This document shows positions 9,660-21,321 of a stretch of 64,000 nucleotides of DNA, one piece after another (position 1 is the first letter of the stretch; the number at the start of each line of letters is the position of its first letter). The translations under genes and the position numbers were made by a program. The notes beneath the pieces are model-generated. The model ran no database searches and was not told the DNA's origin. It worked only from the letters and a program-made list of their open reading frames with translations. This DNA is from an uncultured Pseudomonadota bacterium (GTDB taxonomy: Bacteria > Myxococcota_A > Polyangia > Fen-1088). The stretch covers positions 256,001 to 320,000 of the forward strand of contig CAWKBC010000027.1 in NCBI GenBank assembly GCA_963847705.1, given 5' to 3'.

Positions 9660-9818
9660 CCCCCCGTCGCTCCGGCCGATCCAGCGCTTCCCGCTTCACG
9701 GCGGCGCAACCAAAACGTGAGCGACACTTAACGGTACCCTCTTTCGCCGCCGTCGTGCAATCCAAAATCAGCCGTTCACTTACGAGCCCAGCCGCTCAGG
9801 TGACCAACGGCTAACCGC

Positions 9819-11531
<1,713 letters not shown>

Positions 11532-11534
11532 GCG

Positions 11535-12227
11535 CTAGGTGACGTCGATCTCCGGGACGTTCCCCTCGACGATCAGGCGGGGCTCGGTCTTGGACTGGAT
11601 CTCCTCGACGGAGACCCCCGGAGCCCGCTCGCGCAGCGCGAGACCGGCCGGGGTCACGTCGAGCACGGCCAGATCGGTGATGATCCGGTGCACCGCGCCC
11701 ACCGCCGTCAGCGGCAGCGTGCAGCGCTCGAGGATCTTCTTCTCCTCGACGGGAGGCGGTGCTCCGGGCACCGCCCTTCCCTTGGCGACGTGCTCCATCA
11801 TCACGATCACCCGCTTGGCGGCCGCCACCAGATCCATCGCGCCGCCCATCCCCTTGATCATCTTCCCCGGGATCATCCAGTTGGCGAGATCCCCGGTCTC
11901 CGCCACCTGCATCGCGCCCAGGATCGCGCAGTCGATGTGCCCGCCGCGGATCATGGCGAAGGACTCCGCCGACGAGAAGTAGGCGGCCCCGGGGACGGCG
12001 GTGACCGTCTGCTTGCCGGCGTTGATGAGATCGGGATCCTCTTCCCCTTCGTAAGGAAACGGCCCGATGCCGAGCAGGCCGTTCTCGGACTGCAGGACGA
12101 TGTCGGTGCCGGCCGGCACGAAGTTCGCCACCAACGTCGGCATCCCGATCCCCAGGTTGACGTACATGCCGTCGCGCAGCTCGCGCGCCGCGCGCTTGGC
12201 CACCTGATCGCGCGTGAGGACGGGCAT
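11535..12227 (-). CDS. scoB: 3-oxoacid CoA-transferase subunit B
   Basis: Starts [17 protein letters not shown]; [14 protein letters not shown] (catalytic Glu), GMGGAMDL. Confidence 0.92.
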   Translation of the reverse strand: MPVLTRDQVAKRAARELRDGMYVNLGIGMPTLVANFVPAGTDIVLQSENGLLGIGPFPYEGEEDPDLINAGKQTVTAVPGAAYFSSAESFAMIRGGHIDCAILGAMQVAETGDLANWMIPGKMIKGMGGAMDLVAAAKRVIVMMEHVAKGRAVPGAPPPVEEKKILERCTLPLTAVGAVHRIITDLAVLDVTPAGLALRERAPGVSVEEIQSKTEPRLIVEGNVPEIDVT

Positions 12228-12943
12228 CAGGCCACCCTCTTGCGGACGGTCCGCTGTTCGATGGGCTTTTCCAGCTTCCCGCTCTTCAAGATCCGGGCGA
12301 CGTAGATGCCGGGCGTGTGCACCTGATCGGGCTCGATCTGCCCGGCTTCGACCAGCTCTTCGACCTCCGCGATCGTCACCTTGGCGGCGGTGGCCATCAT
12401 CGGGTTGAAGTTGCGCGCCGTCTTTCGATAGACGAGGTTGCCGAGGCGGTCCCCCTTCCAGGCCTTCACCAGCGCGAAGTCGGCGGTGAGCGCCGTCTCC
12501 ATCACGTAGGTGCGCCCGCCGAAGGCGCGCGTCTCCTTTCCGTCGGCCACCACCGTCCCGAAGCCGGTGGCCGTGTAGAACGCCGGGATGCCGGCGCCGC
12601 CGGCGCGGATCCGCTCGGCCAGTGTCCCCTGGGGGGTCAGCTCGACCTCCAGCTGGCCGCTCAAGAACAGCTTCTCGAACGTCTTGTTCTCGCCGACGTA
12701 GCTGGAGACCATCTTCTTGACCTGGCCGTTGGCCAGCAGGATCCCCAGCCCCTTGTCGTCGACGCCGCAGTTGTTCGAGATGATGCTGAGCCCCTTCACC
12801 CCCTTCTTGCGCAGGGCCGCGATCAAGGTCTCGGGGATGCCGCACAGGCCGAACCCGCCGGCCATCATCGAAGCGCCATCGAAGAAGTCGGCGACGGCTT
12901 CGTCGGCGCTGGCGACCGTCTTGTCCATCGTGGGCATCATCAT
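12227..12943 (-). CDS. scoA: 3-oxoacid CoA-transferase subunit A
   Basis: [43 protein letters not shown]. Confidence 0.93.
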   Translation of the reverse strand: MMMPTMDKTVASADEAVADFFDGASMMAGGFGLCGIPETLIAALRKKGVKGLSIISNNCGVDDKGLGILLANGQVKKMVSSYVGENKTFEKLFLSGQLEVELTPQGTLAERIRAGGAGIPAFYTATGFGTVVADGKETRAFGGRTYVMETALTADFALVKAWKGDRLGNLVYRKTARNFNPMMATAAKVTIAEVEELVEAGQIEPDQVHTPGIYVARILKSGKLEKPIEQRTVRKRVA

Positions 12944-13014
12944 AACCCGGCCCGGGCCCCTCGGAAGGGGCGGGCTCTGACCGGTTGTGGGATACTGGCC
13001 CCCGGATCAGGCGA

Positions 13015-13803
13015 ATGCCCATCGTGACCTTTACGACCGACTTCGGCGCCCATGACGGCTATGTGGGCGCCCTCAAGGGTGTGGTCCTGTCGATCGCGCC
13101 GCAGGCGACGCTGGTCGACATCGCGCACGGTGTCCCCGCGCGCGACGTGGCGGCGGGTGCCGTGGCGCTGGCGCAGGCCGCGCCGCTGTTTCCCCCGGGG
13201 ACCATCCACGTGGCGGTCGTCGATCCGGGCGTGGGGGGGGCGCGCGCCGATCTGGTGGTCGCCGCCGGTGACAGCCTCTACGTCGGCCCCGACAACGGCG
13301 TGCTGTCGCTGGCCGCCCGCGGCCCACGCCAGATCTACCGGATCGAGGCGCCCGGGTTTCGGCGCGAGCCGGTCAGCCCGACGTTTCACGGCCGCGACGT
13401 GTTCGCGCCGGCCGCGGGCCGACTGGCCGCCGGCGCGGCCGCCTCCGACGCCGGCCCGCCCCTCGAATCGATGGTGGAGCTGAGCGCGCCGCCGCTGCAC
13501 CGGCGCGACGGCGTGATCGAAGGGGAGGTGATTCACGTCGACGGGTTCGGCAACCTCATCACCTCGCTGCCCGCCGAGGTGGTCGAGCGGGCAGGGGCCG
13601 ATTCGACGGTGGAGGTCGAGGCGGGGGCGGGACACTTCGAGCCGCAGTTGGGACGGACGTTCTCCGACGTCGAGACGGGCGCGCTCATCGCCTACATCGG
13701 CAGCGGCGGTCAGCTGGAGATCGCCCGCCGCAACGGCTCCGCCGCCCGCCGCCTCGGCGCCGAGCGCGGGACGATCGTTCGCCTGCGGAGCCCGACCTCT
13801 TGA
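13015..13803 (+). CDS. SAM hydroxide adenosyltransferase (DUF62 family)
   Basis: [33 protein letters not shown]. Confidence 0.88.
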   Translation: MPIVTFTTDFGAHDGYVGALKGVVLSIAPQATLVDIAHGVPARDVAAGAVALAQAAPLFPPGTIHVAVVDPGVGGARADLVVAAGDSLYVGPDNGVLSLAARGPRQIYRIEAPGFRREPVSPTFHGRDVFAPAAGRLAAGAAASDAGPPLESMVELSAPPLHRRDGVIEGEVIHVDGFGNLITSLPAEVVERAGADSTVEVEAGAGHFEPQLGRTFSDVETGALIAYIGSGGQLEIARRNGSAARRLGAERGTIVRLRSPTS

Positions 13804-14735
13804 AGCTCGGTCTCTGGCTCGCCGTCGCTGTCTGGGGTCCGCTGGCCGCCTTCGGTGGCTGCTCAGTCGGCCAGGGGTCGGGCTCGGCGACGGGCTCGCT
13901 GTTCGTCGTCGGTTGCAACAACGGGTCGAACTTCGGCACGCCGATGGCCGGCGGCCCCGGTTACATGATCGCGCCGGTTGCGTACATGCTCGGCCCGAGC
14001 TTCTTCGCCGGGACGCCGATCGAGGATCTGGTGCAGGGGCCGGCGGCGATGAACCAGCTCGAAATGCGGATGGCCAGCTCGGGCCTGCTGCAGATGTACA
14101 CCGACGGATTGGAGTTCGACGTGCTGAGCTCCTATGAGGTCGCGCGCTGCGTGCGGGGCCGTACGGTGAACGGCCAGCCCGACTACCTGGTGACCCAACC
14201 GCTGCCGCTCACGCTGGCGACGGCGGCCAACCCGACGCCGACCACGCTCTGGTGTGACTGGACGGGCATGGCCTTCAGCGGCGACGGCGGCGCGCCCGAC
14301 GCCGCCCTTCCCGGTGCGCTCGACGCCGGCGCGGCTCTGGACGGCGGGATGTCGATGATGGCGTCCGCTCCGCGCATCCATGTGACGCCTTACACCGACC
14401 TCCACGCCTCGCTGTGGCTCTACAAGACCTGCCCGGACGGGAACGCGGCGGGGGCGGGGGTCGACGGGTGGATCGAGTTTCAGAGCTTTGGCGCCGCCGA
14501 GCAGTCCGACCTTCCGCCCGAACAGCGCGACCCGATCTCCATCGACCCGCCCTTCGTGATCAACTTCGGTGACCGCCTGCGTGCCACCTTCCACGTGGTC
14601 ATCGGGGATCCCCGGTACGTCACCGCCGTCCAAACCGGCGGCGCGCCGCCGAGCGCACCGGTGATTGGCGGCACGCTCGACGGCTACTTCGACTTCGACC
14701 TCGCCCGCGGCCGCGCCGGTCAGCCCTTCCCGTAG
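13800..14735 (+). CDS. Hypothetical lipoprotein
   Basis: FGGC lipobox; DGG-type linker; C-terminal GYFDFDLARGRAGQPFP; operonic overlaps. Confidence 0.7.
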   Translation: MKLGLWLAVAVWGPLAAFGGCSVGQGSGSATGSLFVVGCNNGSNFGTPMAGGPGYMIAPVAYMLGPSFFAGTPIEDLVQGPAAMNQLEMRMASSGLLQMYTDGLEFDVLSSYEVARCVRGRTVNGQPDYLVTQPLPLTLATAANPTPTTLWCDWTGMAFSGDGGAPDAALPGALDAGAALDGGMSMMASAPRIHVTPYTDLHASLWLYKTCPDGNAAGAGVDGWIEFQSFGAAEQSDLPPEQRDPISIDPPFVINFGDRLRATFHVVIGDPRYVTAVQTGGAPPSAPVIGGTLDGYFDFDLARGRAGQPFP

Positions 14736-14740
14736 CCGAG

Positions 14741-16006
14741 ATGGGGGAGGGCGAGCGGCGAGAGGTCACCGTCGAGATCGACGGCCTGGCCATGGGTGGG
14801 GACGCCATCGGCCGCCAGCGCGATCCCGCCGGCGCCGAGAGCGCCAGCGACGGACGCGCCACCTTCGTCCCACTGGCCGCGCCCGGCGAGCGCGTGCGCG
14901 TGCGGATCGAGCGCGAGAAGGGGCGGGCGGCCTGGGGTGAGCTGACGGCGATCGAACGTCCGGGTCCGGAGCGTGTACCGCCACCGTGCCCGCTGTTCGG
15001 CCGCTGCGGCGGCTGCCAGTGGCAGCACGTGACGATCGAGGCCCAGCGGGCGGCCAAGAAGGCGATGGTCGAACGCGCGCTGGGGATTTCGATCCCACCG
15101 GTGCGCGTGGCGGGGCCCGATTTCGGCTACCGCGATCGCGCCAAGCTCACGGTGGGCAAAGCAGGGACCCTCGGGTTTCACGCGCGCCGCTCACATGACA
15201 TCGTCGATCTCGGCGATCCGCCGCGCTGTCCGCTGCTCGGGCCCGAGCTGGCGCGGGCGCTGCCGGCGCTGCGGGCGCTGGCCCGGGGGATGGCGCCGGG
15301 GATCGAGCTCGAGGCGCAGACCGGCGCCGAGGGGGTTCACCTGAACGTCGGGCGCGCCGACGCCCTCGGCACGGCGCACGCCCGCCGCGAGATCGACCGC
15401 CTGAACGAGGCGGGCATCGTCGGCCTGTCGCTGGCCGGCAAGCCAACGCTCGGGCGCGTGGAGGTCGACGTCGCGGAACCCGGGAGCCCGCCGCTGGCCA
15501 TCCCGGCCGGCGGCTTCGCCCAGGTCGGCCGCGCCGCCAACGCCGCGCTGGTCGCTGCCGTGCTGGAGGCCGTGGGGCCCGAGCCCGGCATCGTGCTGGA
15601 GATCTACGCCGGCAGCGGCACGTTCACCCGGCATCTGGTCGCGGTCACAGGCACGGGTGGGCGAGGGCGCGTGTTGGCCTGCGACGGCGATCCCGCGGCG
15701 GTCGAGCGCGGCCGGCGAAACGTCCCCGGTGCGGCCTGGTCGGCGCGCCCGCCGGCCGATGTGCCCGACACCGTCGTCCTCGATCCGCCGCGTGAGGGGG
15801 CCGACCGCGCCCACCTGACCGCCGCCATCCGCGCGCGCCGCCGGATCGTCTACGTCTCGTGCGATCCCCAGACGCTGGGCCGCGACGCGCGCCTCCTGAA
15901 GACCGACGGATTTCGCCTGGTACAGGCCGTGGCGCTCGACCTGATGCCCCAGACGTACCACGTCGAGGTCGTCGCGACCTTCGAGCCCAGCGAAGTCGTC
16001 GGCTGA
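14741..16006 (+). CDS. RlmD/TrmA-family RNA (uracil-5)-methyltransferase with TRAM domain
   Basis: TRAM-like N-terminus, CPLFGRCGGCQWQH (Fe-S), YAGSG, DPPR, YVSC, HVE. Confidence 0.88.
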   Translation: MGEGERREVTVEIDGLAMGGDAIGRQRDPAGAESASDGRATFVPLAAPGERVRVRIEREKGRAAWGELTAIERPGPERVPPPCPLFGRCGGCQWQHVTIEAQRAAKKAMVERALGISIPPVRVAGPDFGYRDRAKLTVGKAGTLGFHARRSHDIVDLGDPPRCPLLGPELARALPALRALARGMAPGIELEAQTGAEGVHLNVGRADALGTAHARREIDRLNEAGIVGLSLAGKPTLGRVEVDVAEPGSPPLAIPAGGFAQVGRAANAALVAAVLEAVGPEPGIVLEIYAGSGTFTRHLVAVTGTGGRGRVLACDGDPAAVERGRRNVPGAAWSARPPADVPDTVVLDPPREGADRAHLTAAIRARRRIVYVSCDPQTLGRDARLLKTDGFRLVQAVALDLMPQTYHVEVVATFEPSEVVG

Positions 16007-16020
16007 GGCGTCGGTGAACC

Positions 16021-16049
16021 TTGACCGGGCGGAGCTTTTGCCCTAAAAC
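16021..16049 (+). promoter_or_regulatory. Putative sigma70 promoter of tRNA-Gly
   Basis: TTGACC-N17-TAAAAC ending 13 nt upstream of the tRNA. Confidence 0.55.
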
Positions 16050-16062
16050 GCTGGCTCGTTTT

Positions 16063-16134
16063 GCGGGAGTAACTCAGTGGTAGAGTGCCACCTTGCCAAG
16101 GTGGACGTCGAGGGTTCGAACCCCTTCTCCCGCT
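16063..16134 (+). tRNA. tRNA-Gly(GCC), CCA not encoded
   Basis: Acceptor stem GCGGGAG/CTCCCGC; D-arm ACTC..GAGT; anticodon arm CCACC-TTGCCAA-GGTGG; T-loop GGTTCGAA. Confidence 0.96.
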
Positions 16135-16144
16135 CTCTAAAGCC

Positions 16145-16585
16145 GGTTCTACTCACTCGATGGTGGGTGCGGCCGAAAAGCAGTTCAGCCGAAAAGCGGT
16201 TCAGGCGCACGCATTTAGGAGTCTGAGTCTGTAGTTCCGGAAGCTCCTATCGCCGTAAGCCCGCTTTTTGACGAGCTTTGCCTTGTTGTTGAAGCCCTCG
16301 GTCCGGGCGTTGGTGAGGCCGGTGGCGAAGTGCTCGAGGATCTCGTGCCGCCAGCGAATCAGAGTCCGACGAAGGGTCTGGAACTCGGGCAGCTGCGAGC
16401 TGGCCAGGCGATCGGTTAGAGCTGCGAAGGCCACCTTGGCGCGCTCGCGGCCACGAGTGCGATAGAGGCTGTGCATGGCCTCCTTGGCTTCGTATAGAGC
16501 CCGCAGCTCGGGGTGGTTCCAGAGCCATTGGTCGAGCGCCAGGCGCTCGGCGAAGTCGAGGCGGTATCGGCTGCGTAGGAGGAGC
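16145..16585 (-). mobile_element. ISL3-family transposase 3' remnant with probable right end
   Basis: LLLRSRYRL...HPELRALYEAKE...WRHEILEHF..GLTNARTEGFNNKAKLVKKRAYG.RSFRNYRLR; probable GGTTCT end at 16145; cut at 16585 by the IS3 end. Confidence 0.85.
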
Positions 16586-17567
16586 TGGAGATCCCAGGGT
16601 TTCGTGGACAGTAGCTAGGCTCCGGGCAGTCGCGGAGGGCGATTGCGATGTCCACGAAACTCAGCGCACGACGGGTCCGTTCGATCTACGAGTTCATCAA
16701 GGTCAATCGAGGCGCGGTGAGCGTGCAGGCGATGTGTCGCCTGCTCGACGTAGCGCCGAGCGGCTACTACGCGTGGATCAAGAAGCCGGTGTCGAACCGC
16801 GCCCAAGAGGACGCCAGGCTGCTTCGCCTCATCCGTGCATCGTTCAAGGCTGGCCAAGGCATCTACGGCGCCCCCCGCGTCTTCCTGGACCTCCGGGAGG
16901 CCGGCGAGACCTGCAGCAAGCATCGTGTCGCTCGGCTCATGCGAATGAATGGGTTGCGCGCCCTGCACGGCTATCGAACACGGCGCTGGTCCGCCGGCAA
17001 GCCCTCCGTCCTGGCACCGAATCTTCTGAAGCGGCAATTCATGGTGACCCGCCGAAACAAGGTGTGGGTCACGGATATCACTTACATTCGAACCTGGCAG
17101 GGCTGGCTCTACCTCGCTGTCGTCATGGACCTGTTCTCCCGCAAGATCGTCGGCTGGGCGGCGAGGCCGACCCTTCATCTTGAGCTCGCCCTCGACGCCG
17201 TACTGATGGCCGTCCGGCGGCGCCGGCCGCGAGGAACGCTGATTCACTCCGATCAAGGCACGCAGTACGGGAGCGATGGCTGGCGCCGCTTCTGCCGCTC
17301 GAATCACCTGGAACCGAGCATGAGCCGGAAGGCCAACTGCTGGGACAACGCTGTCGCCGAGTCCTTCTTCAGCAGCCTAAGAAGGAACGGATCAAGAAGC
17401 AGATCTACAAGAACCGCGATCTAGCGACGAAGGACGTCGCCGACTACATCGATAGCTTCTACAATCGAACCCGCCGCCACAGTCATCTCGGGGGCGTGAG
17501 CCCGGAGCAGTTCGAATCAGCCCAGAAACCTCGGTGACTGGGTGTCCACAGAATCCTGGGATCTCCA
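16586..17567 (+). mobile_element. IS3-family element, 982 bp, lacking orfA
   Basis: Imperfect 25-bp terminal IRs TGGAGATCCCAGGGTTTCGTGGACA / TGGAGATCCCAGGATTCTGTGGACA (rc), TG...CA ends. Confidence 0.9.
16648..17537 (+). pseudogene. IS3 OrfB DDE transposase with a one-base frameshift near 17380
   Basis: WVTDITYI, DLFSRKIVGW, HSDQGTQY, CWDNAVAESFF; continues in another frame as KERIKKQIY...YIDSFYNRTRRHSHLGGVSPEQFE to TGA at 17537. Confidence 0.88.
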
Positions 17568-18172
17568 GAGTGCCCAGGAATGAACGAAGTCGGCGCGCGA
17601 CCGGCTGGCTAGCCAGCGGTGGGACGCCAACCAGCGATGGCCTATCTAGACGTATACTCAGACTCGTGGAGGAGGACCTCAAAAGAGCCTGGCTGGCGCA
17701 CTACGGCGCGCCACTCTACGGTGAGAGCACGCTTTCCGGCCGGGCTGCGCCCGAACTGGAGAAACTCGTCGTCGATGCTCTCGGGCTCAGCCGCCGCGAT
17801 CCGTCGATGACGCGTGCACTCCCCGTCCTGCTATGGAGGCGCCGCGGAGACCTCGACATGGCGAAGCTGGTCCGGCTCGCCCGAGCAAAGGGCCGCGAAC
17901 GCACGTTGGGGTTCTTCCTGGACCTAACCGCGCGGCTATCTGGCGATCGGCGGCTCCGAAGCGCGGCGGCGGCCCTACGGCCGTCGTCCCCACGCCCCTC
18001 TACGAACTTTTTCACGACCCACCAGGGGGCGCTCGCGCGGGTCCTCGCCGACGAGAACACGCCGCCCGTGGCCCGCGCTTGGGGCTACCGCATGAACATG
18101 GGAATGGACTCGTTCGAAAGCATGTTCGCGAAAGCGAAGGCCAGCGAGCGTGAAGCGTTACTCGCGAGCTGA
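17568..18172 (+). pseudogene. N-terminally truncated partner (putative HTH antitoxin) of the DUF6036-like nucleotidyltransferase
   Basis: Frame runs into the IS3 right IR; WLAHYGAPL...GFFLDL...WGYRMNM; overlaps the downstream gene by 23 nt. Confidence 0.55.
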
Positions 18173-18728
18173 GCTCGTCGCCTTCCTACGTCGCGTCGAC
18201 GCACGTCTGACAACGACAGAGGTGCTGGAGGTGATCGGTGGTGCCGCGGCCGTGCTGAAGTACGGGGCGAGCGCCCCGACGAAGGACATCGACACCTGGA
18301 ACCGGGTGCCGAAGGCCGTGCAGGATGCCGCCGACGCCATTGGGGCGATGGGGCAGGGCGTGCCGCTTGCCCCCGCCGGGGTCGCCGAGATCCCGAACGA
18401 CGCCGAGTTGCGTTTCAAGACGGTCTCGATCGGGCTCAAGAGGCTCGTCGTCCGCGTGCCCGACCGCTACGATCTGGCGCTGTCGAAGACGATCCGTGGC
18501 TACGACAACGACCTCCAGGTCATCAAGGAAATGCACGAGGAGAAGCCGTTCTCGCTCAAGAGGCTCGTCGCCCTGTTCGAGACCGAGATGGACGGCGCGG
18601 TCACGAAAGATAAGCGCGCCTTGCGCCTTAACGTCGCCGTGCTCGTCGCCACCCTCTTCGGCGACGCCGAGGGCGAGAGGGTCGCTCTGCGCTGGGGCGT
18701 GGCCATACCGAGAATTAAGAAGCGCTGA
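18150..18728 (+). CDS. DUF6036-like nucleotidyltransferase
   Basis: VIGGAAAVLKYG...TKDID (Pol-beta-superfamily GG..DxD), DLALSK, D..D motifs. Confidence 0.75.
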   Translation: MKRYSRAELVAFLRRVDARLTTTEVLEVIGGAAAVLKYGASAPTKDIDTWNRVPKAVQDAADAIGAMGQGVPLAPAGVAEIPNDAELRFKTVSIGLKRLVVRVPDRYDLALSKTIRGYDNDLQVIKEMHEEKPFSLKRLVALFETEMDGAVTKDKRALRLNVAVLVATLFGDAEGERVALRWGVAIPRIKKR

Positions 18729-18846
18729 AAACGGTGGCCTGGCCCCGGTAACCGCTCATCCGCCGTTCAGGTGCGGGGTGCGGACAGTACCGGAGCCGCC
18801 GCAAATAACTCGGACGGCATCGGGCGCTATGGCAGGGTGAGGTGCG

Positions 18847-19998
18847 TTGGAAAAGCGATTCTCCGGAGCACCGATGGTCGTCCTGGCGGGGACGGTTGCC
18901 CTGGCCGTGACCGCACCGCGCGCGTACGCCGATGGGGATGCGATGAGTGATCCCTGCAACGGGGTCGTCTCCCAGCTTCGTGAGGCGGCGGCGCATCCTG
19001 CTCCCTTCCACATCGAGGACCTCATTGGGGACCTCGGATTCGAGTATCGCCACCGCTGGGAGACCGACCTCGAGCATAGTCTAGTTTCGGCGTCGAGCCC
19101 CGCACCCGATGCGACCATCGCGCGGGTCACACCCGCGTGTCGCGACGAGACCCGTCGCGGGGCCGCGCCAGCGGCGGTTGCGACCGCGCGCGCGCTGACT
19201 GAGAAGAGTGAACCAGGCTGGGTCGACTACGGCCGCATGGTCCTTTGCGCCATGCAGGACCCCGGCTCAACCCATGAGCTTCAGGCGTGGATGGGCGACG
19301 GCGATCGTCCCGGCGCCCGCGCCGTGTGCGTCGCCGAGCTCGCGACCTGGCCGGGCGTCGAGCAGCAACGCAAAGCGATCCTCGCCGCCCTGGTTCGCAA
19401 GACAGGGGTCTTCACCTGGGAAGTCGATCCCGCCGTCGTAGCGGCGGCGAACGTAATCGGTACGCCCGAGCTACTCGAGCAATTGGTGCCGGTGCTGGCC
19501 GATGCTTACGCGCACCACGCCCTTGGCTACGATCGGCTGCGCGCCGCCGTCTGCGCACACGACGAAGCAATGTCAGGCAACCGCGCCCGGGAGTGCTCCA
19601 CGCTGCCGGCGCAGGCCGAACAGGAATGGCGTCGAACTGGAGTCCGGCCTTGGTTGACCCGAGGTGCCCTGACCGTAGGCTACAGCGGCGCCGTTGCGTT
19701 GACTTACGCCACCCGCGACCGGGAATTCAGTCGCGGCTTCGCGACGGCGGCCGGCGTCGTGGGCGGCTTCGTGACAGGCATCGCCGCAGTCTACTACGGC
19801 GGCAAGGCCGTCAATTACGACGTGAATCATCCAGATGTCGGGTTCGAGGCGCTGATGATCGCGGGGTTTATCGTCGGGAGCGTCGTCGGCGGTATAGGGG
19901 CGCATGCCCTTGCGGCGTCGTCCGGGGCACGGGCGCCAGTGACCGCAGCCGGTCTGGCACCGTTGTACATCACCGCCTTCGCAGCGACGTTCGAGTGA
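18847..19998 (+). CDS. Hypothetical exported/membrane protein
   Basis: Signal peptide; C-terminal Gly-rich hydrophobic helices; codon usage less GC-biased than core genes. Confidence 0.65.
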   Translation: MEKRFSGAPMVVLAGTVALAVTAPRAYADGDAMSDPCNGVVSQLREAAAHPAPFHIEDLIGDLGFEYRHRWETDLEHSLVSASSPAPDATIARVTPACRDETRRGAAPAAVATARALTEKSEPGWVDYGRMVLCAMQDPGSTHELQAWMGDGDRPGARAVCVAELATWPGVEQQRKAILAALVRKTGVFTWEVDPAVVAAANVIGTPELLEQLVPVLADAYAHHALGYDRLRAAVCAHDEAMSGNRARECSTLPAQAEQEWRRTGVRPWLTRGALTVGYSGAVALTYATRDREFSRGFATAAGVVGGFVTGIAAVYYGGKAVNYDVNHPDVGFEALMIAGFIVGSVVGGIGAHALAASSGARAPVTAAGLAPLYITAFAATFE

Positions 19999-20329
19999 CC
20001 GTTGCCGGTCGGTGGAACCACGCGCAGGGGCCAAGGCGCCGTCGGCGGCGGCAACGCCCCCGGCGGAGCGGCGGGGAGCGGCGCTTCGACCTGTCCGGCG
20101 GCGGCGACGCTCTCCTGCCCGGCTGTCGACGGATCGAAGGCGTTCGGTACGCTCTCCACCGCGGACGAGAAGGCCTCACCTGGGCCAGGCCGTGCGACTC
20201 GGCGGCGCTCCTCGCGGCGCTCTCGGATCCGAGCTGCCAGGCGTTGCTCGCGTCCACCTGTCGGTGAGCGGAGCGCTCGGACCGGGTAACTCAGAGCAAG
20301 GCGGCCAGGACGCCTCCCAGCTCGTAGCT

Positions 20330-20777
20330 CAACGCGTTCGCCAGACCAGAAACGATCAGGGCCCGGGCGGGCTGGGTTTGGACCAGGGGCGCGGCTTGAC
20401 GAAGAACTGCACCGCTGGGGCCAGCTGCTCGGCGACCGACTACCGACTCCGCTTCGAGTGCATCTTCACGTGGCGCGCCGGGTTCGCCGTCGATCCCTGG
20501 CTCGGCCTCGGAATCGGCTACGAGTGGCTCCGGTTTTCCGGCGAGGGCCTCGACCACCAGAATCCCCCAGTTCGATCGAATTCAGCGGTTGGGACTACCT
20601 CATCATCGAAGCGGGCGGCGATTTCCGCCTTGCCACCTCCTCGCGCTCGGCCGCTTCGTCGGCTTCTCGCTCGGCGAATGTTCATCAAGGTCGGAGGATG
20701 GCTCCTCGAGGGACCTCCCTGAGCAGGCTCTCCATGCCTGGCTTCATCTCGGCCTGCGGGGAACAATCAACCTCTGA
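20330..20777 (+). pseudogene. Decayed outer-membrane beta-barrel-type gene
   Basis: Fragments in different frames: CTAGASCSATDYRL..DPWLGLGIGYEWL / EFSGWDYLIIEAGGDF / ALHAWLHLGLRGTINL*. Confidence 0.5.
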
Positions 20778-20845
20778 CCGGGTCGACCCGCTTCACCTCG
20801 ACCCGGGTGACGATGCCTGTCCCGACCGGACGTTTGTCCCCGACG

Positions 20846-21298
20846 CTAACCGTACGTGAGCTCGGTGCTCTGTCCGACCTCGATGATGTAGCCGTCGGGA
20901 TCGCGGATGTAGCAGCGCGTCTCGCCGTACTTGGGGATTGGCTCGGTGATGAACTCGGCGCCTCGGCTCTTCCACAACTTGTAGCTCGCCTGAATGTCCG
21001 CGACGCGGATGTTCATGAAGCTGCTGACCTTGTTCGGGTCGGCCAGGACGCTGAGCGTGACCGACGGCTTGTCGGGCGTCGGTCCGCCTCCGACGTTGAC
21101 GAGGAGCCAGGTGTTCGCGATCTGGATGTACCCAGGCGCGCCCTTGCTGTCGCCTCGGCTCAGGGGGCGACCGCCGAAGACCGTTTCATAGAAGCGCAGC
21201 GAGCGGTCGACGTCGGCGACGGTGAGGAAGTGCGCCACGGTGAATCCGTCACGCGGGGGCATCTCGTAGCTCTTCTGGTCGATTTGTACGGTGCTCAT
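20846..21298 (-). CDS. VOC/glyoxalase family protein
   Basis: HFLTVADVDRSLRFY...IRDPDGYIIE. Confidence 0.88.
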   Translation of the reverse strand: MSTVQIDQKSYEMPPRDGFTVAHFLTVADVDRSLRFYETVFGGRPLSRGDSKGAPGYIQIANTWLLVNVGGGPTPDKPSVTLSVLADPNKVSSFMNIRVADIQASYKLWKSRGAEFITEPIPKYGETRCYIRDPDGYIIEVGQSTELTYG

Positions 21299-21321
21299 TG
21301 AGGACTCCAGTTGCAGGCGGT

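Noticed and set aside
13015-13803. Fluorinase/chlorinase
   Set aside because: Has the TFHGRD motif typical of SAM hydroxide adenosyltransferases, and no halometabolite cluster context
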